Below, piece by piece: positions 28,535 to 38,400 of a stretch of 64,000 nucleotides of DNA. Numbering within the stretch: the first letter of the stretch is position 1; the number at the start of each line of letters is the position of its first letter. The translations under genes and the position numbers were made by a program. Below the pieces are notes generated by a model. That model worked only from the letters and a program-made list of their open reading frames with translations, was not told the DNA's origin and made no database searches. Location of the stretch: sequence record PV785814.1, one strand, 5' to 3'.

Positions 28535-28600
28535 CAAATTCATATGAATATATGTGAACAATCTGTGAACAACTAATAAATACAAGTGAGAGAATATATT

Positions 28601-29362
28601 ATGAGTATTGTAACTACATCTGGTCACCGCTTTGGTATGCTCGTAGAATCAATTGCATCGGGCTTACGTGGTACTGTAATCGGTATCACACATTGCATTG
28701 CAGGGTGCGAACTGCTGGAAGTTCAGTCAAAAGACAACAAAGGCATCGCTCGAACACATGTTTTTAGCTCAAAACTGGTAGAGATTGTCAACTCTGACCG
28801 CGTAGGAGAGTACGAAGCTATTTTCGCTGAAACGAATACGACTATGCCGATTCGTCTAGGCGATGAAGTAGAAGATACAGTTTCAGAAGCGAAAGGCATC
28901 GTAACTGAAATTCAATACTCAGTAAATGCAGCACCGAATGTGCTAATGATTAAGCCTTACTCAGAGCATGAAACGAATATTTATGCATCTGCACGTGTCA
29001 TTAGCTGTAAGAAAACGGGTCACTCAATTCACGATAAGATCATCAACAATCGCTTGAAACGTGAGCGTGATGAACTTAAAGTTGAACTGCTGCAAAAAGC
29101 TCGATGCATGGCAACTGGCTGTACAGGCTTAGTCACTGCTATTTTCAATCAAGCAAGCGGAACAATCTCGGTTGGCATTCAGCCCGTGAGCAAAGAGGGT
29201 AGACTACTCGACACTCATTACACCGATATTGAATTAGTCGAAATCATCACTGAAGAAGCAAAGAAGATCGTTCAACCTAAAGAAGCTCCACTGAAGAAAT
29301 CAGGTTGTATGCGTTCGCATGAACTTTCTTCAATGCAACGACGTGGTATGCATACAGTGTAA
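28601..29362 (+). CDS. Protein of three tandem small beta-domains, probably late
   Basis: Three copies of G..V.(D/C)..(S/T)G..G.V..I; AATAAATA late-like promoter at 28575-28582. Confidence 0.65.
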   Translation: MSIVTTSGHRFGMLVESIASGLRGTVIGITHCIAGCELLEVQSKDNKGIARTHVFSSKLVEIVNSDRVGEYEAIFAETNTTMPIRLGDEVEDTVSEAKGIVTEIQYSVNAAPNVLMIKPYSEHETNIYASARVISCKKTGHSIHDKIINNRLKRERDELKVELLQKARCMATGCTGLVTAIFNQASGTISVGIQPVSKEGRLLDTHYTDIELVEIITEEAKKIVQPKEAPLKKSGCMRSHELSSMQRRGMHTV

Positions 29363-29418
29363 AATAAAATAGCGTCATATGTTGCACGTGTGCAGTTACA
29401 AGCACAAGGAAACGCACT

Positions 29419-29886
29419 ATGAAGATCGCATTGTTATTAACTACTGTGGCACTAATGCCACTATTTGCGAACGCTCATATACATGATGACTGGGTGACAG
29501 TTCATCGTGTTGACGTTCGCACACACGAGCTAATACACACAGCAAGTACATCATCAACCAATCACCTTGCAGTTCTTACGATTGATTGTAATAAGAGTGT
29601 CACGTTGTATGAAACGAGAGATTATTTGACCGCAGCATCACCGGAGGACGTTTGGTATTCTATCGACGGCAAACCGTATACGCGAATCAATAATGAACAG
29701 CTTCAACATCAAGCTTCTGTCACTACCTTTGTTGGTAATGTCAAAGCAATTGACACTCTTAAATCAGGCAACAAACTTGAATATGTTGTTGAGAATCGAG
29801 TACAGGGAGTGAAGTATTCATATCATTTCAGTTTGAAAGGCATGAGTCAAGCGTACGAAGCACTTGGTGAACTATGTAAGTGGTAA
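29419..29886 (+). CDS. Exported protein with signal peptide
   Basis: MKIALLLTTVALMPLFANA-H type I signal peptide. Confidence 0.7.
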   Translation: MKIALLLTTVALMPLFANAHIHDDWVTVHRVDVRTHELIHTASTSSTNHLAVLTIDCNKSVTLYETRDYLTAASPEDVWYSIDGKPYTRINNEQLQHQASVTTFVGNVKAIDTLKSGNKLEYVVENRVQGVKYSYHFSLKGMSQAYEALGELCKW

Positions 29887-30410
29887 CCATGAAGATTATA
29901 TTCTTGGACATTGACGGCGTTCTTAACAATTCGTTAGAAGTCGATGAACACAAGGACGTGTTACTTAAAGGCGAGTATCAAGGAATTTACTCACCGCGTT
30001 GTGTAGAAAGACTTAATGCACTCATAGAAAAGACTAACGCCAGCATTGTACTGACAAGCGTATGGCGTAATGGTCTTGACCTTGATGAGATTAATATCTT
30101 ACTCGACACAATGGGAATCAATGCGAAGTGCATTGGTAAAACTGATAATCTAGATCACAAATACTCATGGGCGTTTCGTGGCAATGAGATTCTTAAATGG
30201 CTCAAAGACAACGAAACACTGCTTGGTATGCATCATTATGATTATCGCAGCTATGTTATCTTAGACGATGACACTGATATGCTTTTGTGGCAACGACATA
30301 ACTATGTCAATTGCGACCATGAGATTGGTATGACTGATCGAACTGTAGCAAGAGCAGCATCAATCTTGAATCACGCACCTTGCGTTGATACAGGACAAGA
30401 ATTTTGTTGA
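29880..30410 (+). CDS. HAD-superfamily phosphatase (RNA-repair-associated HAD_SAK type)
   Basis: IIFLDIDGVLN, IVLTSVWR, RGNEI, YVILDDD. Confidence 0.8.
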   Translation: MVTMKIIFLDIDGVLNNSLEVDEHKDVLLKGEYQGIYSPRCVERLNALIEKTNASIVLTSVWRNGLDLDEINILLDTMGINAKCIGKTDNLDHKYSWAFRGNEILKWLKDNETLLGMHHYDYRSYVILDDDTDMLLWQRHNYVNCDHEIGMTDRTVARAASILNHAPCVDTGQEFC

Positions 30411-30472
30411 CATGACAACTTAAACATGTAATAATCAAATCTCAAACAACAATGACAAATAGGGAGCCTATA

Positions 30473-31498
30473 ATGTCACATGCAATCTACATCGGACGTT
30501 TCCGTCCATTCCACGTTGGTCATCTATCGACTATCACTCAAGCGTTTAATGATCTTAACTTAGATCAAATGACTGTACTCGTTGGTTCTTGTAATCGACA
30601 TCGTTCAGTGAAGAATCCCTTCACGTTCGACGAAGTTCGCTACATGATTAAGTGCAACTTACCAAGAGAACTGCGAGAGAAAGTTCACATCAAGTCACTT
30701 TACGATCACTCGAACGATAACGTTTGGGCAACTGAAGTTCGTACAAAAGCTAAGGGCGTAACGCACATCGTTGGCTATGACAAAGATGAAAGCAGCTACT
30801 ATCTGAAACTTTTCCCTGAGTTGAAGCACTATCAACCAAAGCCAATTGACTTAGCAGGCAAAGTTGTATCAGCAACTGATATTCGAGCGTGTTACTTCAG
30901 TGAAGTACTAATGAATAGCCCTTTGAGCGTTATTCTACCACAAGGCACGAAAGAGTTTCTTGCTGAATGGTCACAAACTGAGACATTCACTGATATGAAA
31001 GCTGAATATGATAGCTCAGTGCGTGAGATCAATAAGTTCTTAGACTATCCATACAAAGGTCACTTGAATATCGCGTGCGCTGATAACGTTGTGACATGTG
31101 CAGGTCACGTATTGCTTGGTACTCGTAAGAACAACCCGGGCAAGAACTGTCTAGCATTACCGGGCGGTCATAAAGCAGACAACGAAACGTTCTTGACTGC
31201 TGCATTGCGTGAGCTTAAAGAAGAAACATGCTTGAAAGTACCAGAGAAAGTACTGCGTGGATCTATCAAAGCTGAAAAGATGTTCGACGATCCGAAACGC
31301 TCTTACCCTCACACTCGTATCACTATGGCATATCATATTGACATCGAGCCTGATAACGATGGTAAGTTCCCTCGCATCAAACCTGCTGATGACTTAATCA
31401 AAGTCGAGTGGGTACCACTGAGCGAAGTTCGTGAGCTACAACATCTGATGTATGATGATCACTATCAGATCATTCAACACTTCACTGGCATCTACTAA
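30473..31498 (+). CDS. natV: Bifunctional NMN adenylyltransferase / Nudix hydrolase (NatV/NadM-Nudix)
   Basis: IGRFRPFHVGH (HxGH), KNPF, SATDIR, ALPGGH..ETF..AALRELKEET Nudix box; promoter TTGACA at 30407. Confidence 0.9.
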   Translation: MSHAIYIGRFRPFHVGHLSTITQAFNDLNLDQMTVLVGSCNRHRSVKNPFTFDEVRYMIKCNLPRELREKVHIKSLYDHSNDNVWATEVRTKAKGVTHIVGYDKDESSYYLKLFPELKHYQPKPIDLAGKVVSATDIRACYFSEVLMNSPLSVILPQGTKEFLAEWSQTETFTDMKAEYDSSVREINKFLDYPYKGHLNIACADNVVTCAGHVLLGTRKNNPGKNCLALPGGHKADNETFLTAALRELKEETCLKVPEKVLRGSIKAEKMFDDPKRSYPHTRITMAYHIDIEPDNDGKFPRIKPADDLIKVEWVPLSEVRELQHLMYDDHYQIIQHFTGIY

Positions 31499-31535
31499 CA
31501 AATGGGGCAGCAATGCCCCTTCGAGGAAAATAACT

Positions 31536-32158
31536 ATGAATATCAATCTGCTAATTCGTAATGAAGTAAAGAACAACACGAGTCGTTACGCTACTGTCTA
31601 TGACATCATGGACGATATGCTTGCTAAGTTCCCTCAAGCGCGTGCTAGTGCATCAAGCAATGATGGTACAATGAAGAACAGCACATTAAGACGTGAAATC
31701 TCACGTGCGCTTGATAGTTCTACTAACTGGAAAGCAATCGGCAAGACTGATTCAGGTCGTAAGCTGTATGAACGCTTACCAAACGGCAACTCACTAGAGC
31801 AATTCGTATGAAAGCATATCGCATTAAAAAAGCAATAGATGATCTTGACATTGAACAATATGATCTGTTTGTGCAGAGTCCATTCCATGATGAAGACTTC
31901 TTTATGTCACGCAGACCAGAACGACCACCAATGTGTCATGCGCTGATTATTCAGTTCTTAGACTTGTACGATGAGCTAGACGTATCTGAAGACGAAATAC
32001 CAGAACTCATGACACACTGGCACACTCAAGCAGAAACAAATATCAAATCGCTTGGGATGTTTCGTAAGTCACTGCTAGAACAGAAACACTCGATTGAAGA
32101 TCAGATACATCAAACTGAAATAACAATCGAGAAACTACAAAAGGTATTCAAACAATGA
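31536..32158 (+). CDS. Two hypothetical proteins (31536-31811; 31808-32158)
   Basis: GAGG RBS, ATGA overlap. Confidence 0.7.
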
Positions 32159-32778
32159 CAGGCTACCCATTAGTACATAAAATGCAAGCAGTCGTACGCT
32201 CATGCCAAACCGTTGACCAACTGCTTAACGCTAGAAAGTATCTGTTACAGTGTGACAAATTCGCTGCAACTGCTGAAGATGGTCGCGGTTGGTTAGTTGT
32301 GACTGAAGCAGTTGACGAACTCGATGCTATTATCACTGATAAGCTGTGTGAAATTAGTAACGTGCGTGGTATGCGTGCTGTTGACACTGGCGTTATCAAA
32401 CTCGGCATTGACATTCATGGCGTAATAGACAAAGCACCAGAACTTTTCACGCTCATTAGTAAGCTACCAGTTGAAGTGCATATCATCACTGGCATTAAAG
32501 AAGAACTTGACACTGACGTACCTAGTGATTTAGAATACGACTACTGGTTCAGCATTCATGAGCAATGTGAAATCGACGGCGTTGAAATCACATACGATGA
32601 ACAGAACAGACCTCACGTTGATCCAGACATCTGGGACAATATGAAAGCACGCTATTGCAAAGAGCAAGGCATTACTATGCTGATTGATGACTCACCGCAT
32701 TACGCTAGTACTTTCGAAGGTCTTGATACATTGTATCTTCAACTAACTAACACTAAACGCAATGAGTGGCGCAAATGA
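32155..32778 (+). CDS. Protein with C-terminal HAD-like domain
   Basis: LGIDIHGVID, HIITG, MLIDDS motifs. Confidence 0.6.
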   Translation: MTGYPLVHKMQAVVRSCQTVDQLLNARKYLLQCDKFAATAEDGRGWLVVTEAVDELDAIITDKLCEISNVRGMRAVDTGVIKLGIDIHGVIDKAPELFTLISKLPVEVHIITGIKEELDTDVPSDLEYDYWFSIHEQCEIDGVEITYDEQNRPHVDPDIWDNMKARYCKEQGITMLIDDSPHYASTFEGLDTLYLQLTNTKRNEWRK

Positions 32779-35045
32779 ACGTAGCAAATGTAATGAAAGA
32801 ACACGCAGCTATCCAAAACGCATTGATGGATTATCTCGATGCTGAATTCGACGGCGAAGGTCATATCGAATATGCAGAGTACTTCGAACAAGACGAAGCA
32901 TGGGACGTGACATACTACGATGGTGAGTTCCTTCGTGAACTAACTGTAACAGCAACTGCACTTGAGCAATGGATGAACAAATGATCGAAAGCACAATGGC
33001 TAATCATGAGCTAATCATGAACGCAATTGAGAAGTTCTTGTGCTTGAACTCTGTCCAATACACTGATGCCATTCAATATGATAAAGACAATCTCGGCTTC
33101 GATGTCGCGATTGTCGAAGAATCCGAGAATGGCACTGAATACACAGACGTGTTCATCCATAACTATCAACTAGAAAAGTACCTATGAATATTAACGATGT
33201 AATGCTTCACCACGAGAAGATTACTGACGCATTGCATAGCGTTATTAAGCAAAGGACTGCTAATCGAATCGTGTCTATCACATATGATAAAGATCGCTAT
33301 CTGTTTAAGATTGTACTCAGTGCATCTAATAGCTTAGACGATAGCGCCTTTGAATGGAGTATGTGCGTGACCAACGAAGCGATAGAAAACCAAATCTATG
33401 CGGAGACATTCACATGCAATTACCAGAATACTTGAGCCACATTACTGTAAAAGAAAACGTAATCACTATCGACTCAGCACGAGATAAAGTACTCGTTGTT
33501 GACTATCTCACTAATGCAAAAGCTAAGTTCCATATTGTCCAAAAGACAGTTAGCCGTTGCGAAATCCATGTTAAACGTCTAGGGTAATACAATGACAGAA
33601 CCAACACTGACTAACTGGAACGAGCTTAAAGACCAAAGCTTAGTGTATCGTATCAATAACGAAATACTACACCCACTCGGCTATGCTGTTGTACTCAATA
33701 CCGAAACAGGCACAAGTGACCGAGTACTAATCGCCGATGAGTTTAAATTCTCTGGCGAAGTACACGACAAACATAAAGATAATGTCACCATGACTGGACT
33801 ACTCGCGACTCATAAAGTAGTAGAACAACAAATCGCTAGTAAGTTCGGACTGAAAGACATATGGCATAATCTAGTAGACTGTACCGATAAAGTGTTCGTA
33901 TCCGATAACTCAGATTTAGAAAAAGCATATGAGTTCCAATACGCAGATACAGAAAACGAAATCACTGAAGGCGATTGCTACTCAATAGAAGTATACGGCA
34001 CATCGGTATGGATATCTGATGACGAACAATACTTATTAACTGCTTGTAACGACGGCTGTGGCAATAGAGATATGTATCTCTTCGCGCTAAAGAATCTATC
34101 TAATGTAGAAATGTATTAGAAACTTAAAGAAAAGGGTTGCATTGTGCAGCCCTTTCGCGTATCATACACATATCAAATCAAGAAAGGAAAACATTATGAT
34201 TGGTCTATCTATTATAATACTCGTGTTCGTCGCAATCTTAGCGTTCGACTCAGTTGAAAGCATCATGAGCAACGAATACCGAACTGGCATCTGCATCTTC
34301 CTTGTCATATGCGCTGTCGTTAACGTAGCTAACATGTTTGTTATGCACAAATACGGAGTAATGCTATGAGCTTAACAATACTTCTACTCATACTCGTATG
34401 CTGTGTAGTACTAACAGCTATCTGTTTGTTCAGCTTCATCAACAAACCTGGCTTTGTTAAACTAATACTCACTGCTGTACTCGGCTTTATCTCATATGTG
34501 CTATTACACATCACGGCTGGTGCATTATGAGCGTGCTATTAATGTTCTTAATCGTTATCGCATGTGCCTGTGTCGTAGTAGCTCTATTCTGTTTTATCAT
34601 ATGCCTATTCGATGATAACGAATCAGACTCAGACAATGACAATAAAAGTGGTAGCTCATTCGCTACTAGAGAATCAATGAACACGTGTATTCGTGTAATG
34701 CAATCAATGTGAGAATACTATGACTCAAACACAAATACAAACAATCCGTGCAGTCTGTATCGACAATCAATCTCATCGTATAGACAAACCAGAACCACCT
34801 AGCGGCTTGACATTCGGCAAAGAATACATTGTCCACATGTATAACGTAAACGAACATACAAACAAACCACCTATGATTCGTATCACTAACGACGACAATA
34901 AACGCGCTAGTTATGTCGCTGCTCGTTTCAAACTGATTGTATGAATATACTAAACGAAATACCAACTAATTACATTATGCTTCTGCTATGCGTTCTAGCA
35001 GGCGTAGCTGGATGGTGCCTGAGCGATATATCAAAGCATGACTAA
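32775..35045 (+). CDS. Block of small hypothetical ORFs, including three tandem paralogs (32775-32984, 32981-33187, 33184-33435), 33592-34119 and several small membrane proteins (34196-34369 onward)
   Basis: Overlapping junctions; shared M..H..I..A...L N-termini in the paralogs. Confidence 0.65.
34131..34198 (+). promoter_or_regulatory. Terminator-hairpin/early-promoter composite element, copy 2
   Basis: AAAGGGTTGCA-TTG-TGCAGCCCTTT; TTGCAT-17-TATCAT. Confidence 0.85.
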
Positions 35046-35136
35046 AATCGCTTAGAATGCGATTCAGTGCGTCTCAGAGCATGGTACGTTATTGATTAAA
35101 ACTGATATATCGCACCATGCCTCGTTTAAAAGCACA

Positions 35137-35244
35137 TGTGCATAAATCTGTGGATAAGATGTGTGTAAAACTGTGCATAAGTTATTAAAATTGTGGATAA
35201 AATACAGATTTTCGTGTGGATAAGTCTGTGGATTACGTGGATAA
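35137..35244 (-). promoter_or_regulatory. Array of eight co-oriented DnaA-box matches (candidate origin or DnaA-binding locus)
   Basis: + strand TGTGCATAA 35137, TGTGGATAA 35149, TGTGTAAAA 35162, TGTGCATAA 35172, TGTGGATAA 35192, TGTGGATAA 35215, TGTGGATTA 35227, CGTGGATAA 35236; six fit TT(A/T)TNCACA exactly, two have one mismatch. Confidence 0.8.
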
Positions 35245-35352
35245 GTTTTTGGCGTCAAAAATGGGTGATGTCTCATCGGCTCCTGTGTAGTAAGATGTAG
35301 TCGAGAAAGGTACTTGCCTCGTGAAAATCTAATCCGCTTCGCATCTTTTCGC

Positions 35353-35382
35353 TTGACATGCAATGCCATCCTGTGAGAGAAT
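35353..35382 (+). promoter_or_regulatory. Promoter downstream of the DnaA-box array
   Basis: TTGACA-18-GAGAAT, followed by GGGAGG RBS and ATG 35418. Confidence 0.55.
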
Positions 35383-35417
35383 GAGAAGCCAACTGAACCA
35401 CCTTGGGAGGGTGTGAT

Positions 35418-38400
35418 ATGATTACATTAGCGTTGTTCTACATGAGCCGCGACATGAATTACAGTGAGCGACCAAGTGATTTGTATCTTGGTACGTGTAT
35501 TTTAGACTTCGCCATGATTATAGTGGCGTTCTGTGGTATGATGATGTTTACGGGAAATTGGTAATGATTAGTATTGAGTTACACAAGAAAGTAGTAGAGA
35601 AGAAAGCAGTATTGCCAGATCATGCAATGGTGAGAATCGAGACGTATTACCGTTCGTTGAGTGGTTATATGAACTTCATTGATTCGAGTCATCACATTCG
35701 TGGTGTTACTGATGGTTCATATATGCTAGTTACTGAAGATGGTGCTTTCTTTCACATAGAGAAAGACCGTGTAAATGGTGATAAGCAGACGAAAGAAAAG
35801 CACGATGGTCAGCTTGTAGCGGTACATGCGCGATTAGCTTTGCCTGCGAAAGATTGGGATTGGTATCCGTGTAAGTGGAAAAGCGGTCGTCTTGTCTATA
35901 CGTATAAAGAGCAAGATTTCGTTGAAGAGCATCACGAGCTAGTGGTTGGTGAGATAGTTGATATTTTTGCCGATGACGATGAGTATGCCGAAGCGCCAAA
36001 TGAAGCGACTGTGGTGTTGAGTCGTCCGGGACAAATTGTGGTAGAGAGTGATGGTGTGTTAATTGCTTTCAACATTGACAATATGCGTTCGACTGGTAAT
36101 ATCGTATCTGACTGTGGTGAACATTTACTAGTGGGTAAGTTTGCCGTAAGCGAATACGACGAAGAACTTCATTCGTAAAAAGATTAAGAAAAGGGTTGCG
36201 CTATGCAGCCCTTTCTTGTATTATCTCTATATCGAAACGACATCGACTAACAGAGAGAGAATATTATGTTTAACGCAGCTACAGTACTGAATCAGCTTAC
36301 ACAATCTAAACACGGTCATTCACGTCTTGTTGCCATGACTGGTGCTAAGAACTTGCTTCAATCGCCAGAAAATAGATTCGTTTCTTTTCGTCTGCCTAAA
36401 GCAGTACGCGGTATTAACTACGTGAAAATCACGTTGAACAGCCAAGACTTGTATGATGTTGAGTTTGGTAAAGTCTCGAACAAAGCTTGTCCAGAAATGA
36501 AAAAGCTTGGTATTAAAGTGATGTTGCCTAGTTACGAAGTGAAAACACTAGTAGAAGGCGTGTACAATGACTCATTGAAAGCATGTTTCGAGCGTGAAAC
36601 TACACTTTTATTGTCACTTTAAGCAAAAAGTGCTTGACTGTTCCACCAGCATAGCCGATAATAGCTACATCAAGACAAGAGAGAGAACATTATGACTTAC
36701 ACTGAAGCTAAAGCAATCGCGCCTGTTGAACTAATCATGTCAATCACTGAAGATCAGTTCTACGACATTATTGCAGAATCAAACGCTGCTGGCGATTTCG
36801 CGTTCACTGCTCAAGTTATGAAAGTTCAATCTGACCTCCGTCGCGCACGTAAAATCAATTACTAAGGAAAATATTATGACTGTATTCAATTCTGAGCTAG
36901 AAGCATTCGCAAAAGACCACAATCTAGACCAATCTGCACTTGAAGAACTAGCAGATGGTGTAATGCGCCGTGTTCAATATGCAGTATCTAACGGTCATAT
37001 TATGACTGAAGAGCTAATCATTCAAGCGACGCAGCATTGGTTTTTGTCTCGTGAAAAGCTGTTTAACGACTATCTTGGTAATGTTAACGGCACACGTGAC
37101 AAGCTGAACAGCGAAGTTTACGACTTACTAAAGGGGAAATAAGATGAATTTATTCGCGCAAGTCGCTAGTGAGCTACTAGAAGACGAAGAGCTAATGTCT
37201 AGCGTTGAGCGTTATACGTGTCATATGATGGAAGATCGCATGGCAGTTATTGCTCCGCATATCCCGTTTTTCGACGTTGAATCGTACATCGTCAATAAAG
37301 GTCGTGAGTTTCTACACGCCATTAACAACAATCCAGACTTGCTTGGTTATGAACTAAGCACAGCGTCGAAAGAGTCGCTTGCTGATTCTATTCGCGACAA
37401 TTGGGCTGGTGCGTTCGTGCATGTGCTGTCATACGATGAAAACTGTCGTCGTGATATGAACGCTTTTACGCTATGTCGTAAAGCATGGTTGAAATTTATC
37501 GTGGATGCGAATGATGAAATATCTCTATGAGATTCAACAAGCGGTTCGTGAACTGCTAGAAGACGAGTCTATTTTGACTGACAAGACTCGCTATACTTGC
37601 AATGAAATCGCCACTGGCGTAGTTGCTAGAGCATGTGAATTTGATGCATCATATCGTATTGCCATTCGAATAGCGGTTAAAAACACGTTATCTGAAATCG
37701 GTGGTCGATTTGTAAACTCGGTTTATGCCAAAGCTAAAGCTGGTGATATTCAGTTATCAGAAATTGCCATGATTAAAATTGGCAATGACATGAAAATCGA
37801 CTATTATCGTGGTACGTTTATTCATGACATTGCACGTATTGGCGAGAAAGAATACGACTTGGAGTTATTTGCCGAGTATCGTCGCCAGTGGTTGGAGTTC
37901 ATTTTGACTCAATCTAGTGAGCATGAGAACCGCAGAAATGCTTAGTCTTGACGAACGTCTTGCCATGCTTGACGATATACTAAGCGAGAAAACGCCAGAT
38001 GAGATACTAGCTGAATTGCAATCGTATCCCGCCATTGGCCCAACTGTAGAGGAATTCACGAAGGATTTTCCTATGACATTACAAAAACAAATCAAAGCTG
38101 CTGCTGAACAAGTACTGGCTGAATCGAAAACTGACATTACAGCGTTGGACGATTTCACTTGTTGCCAGATTGCAAACATCGTAGACAATGACGAACTTGA
38201 TTTCGAAGTGCTTAATTCAGTGTACAAGTCTCTAGAAGATCTCAAAGTACCATTCTTGGATACGCTTGACATCCCGACTAAAGACAAAGAAGCTGCACGC
38301 CATTTATCTGCGTTCTTGAGTTTTCTTACTTTCGACCATCATGAATTGCGTGAATATCGCATAGAATGGCTAGAGTTTATCATCGCCAATATCGAGGGTA

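Noticed and set aside
35029-35097. Two one-mismatch IHF-consensus matches (35029-41; 35085-97 reverse) that would make the locus datA- or oriC-like
   Set aside because: Such partial matches are common in AT-rich DNA; not supportable without binding data
35013-35118. Imperfect inverted repeat (ATGGTGC..GATATATC / GATATATCGCACCAT) next to the array
   Set aside because: The left arm lies inside a plausible small membrane ORF (34941-35045) and needs a gap; may be chance
35064-35369. 101-aa minus-strand ORF spanning the DnaA-box array
   Set aside because: No credible RBS, runs against the local gene direction, and its TYP repeats are simply the translation of the boxes
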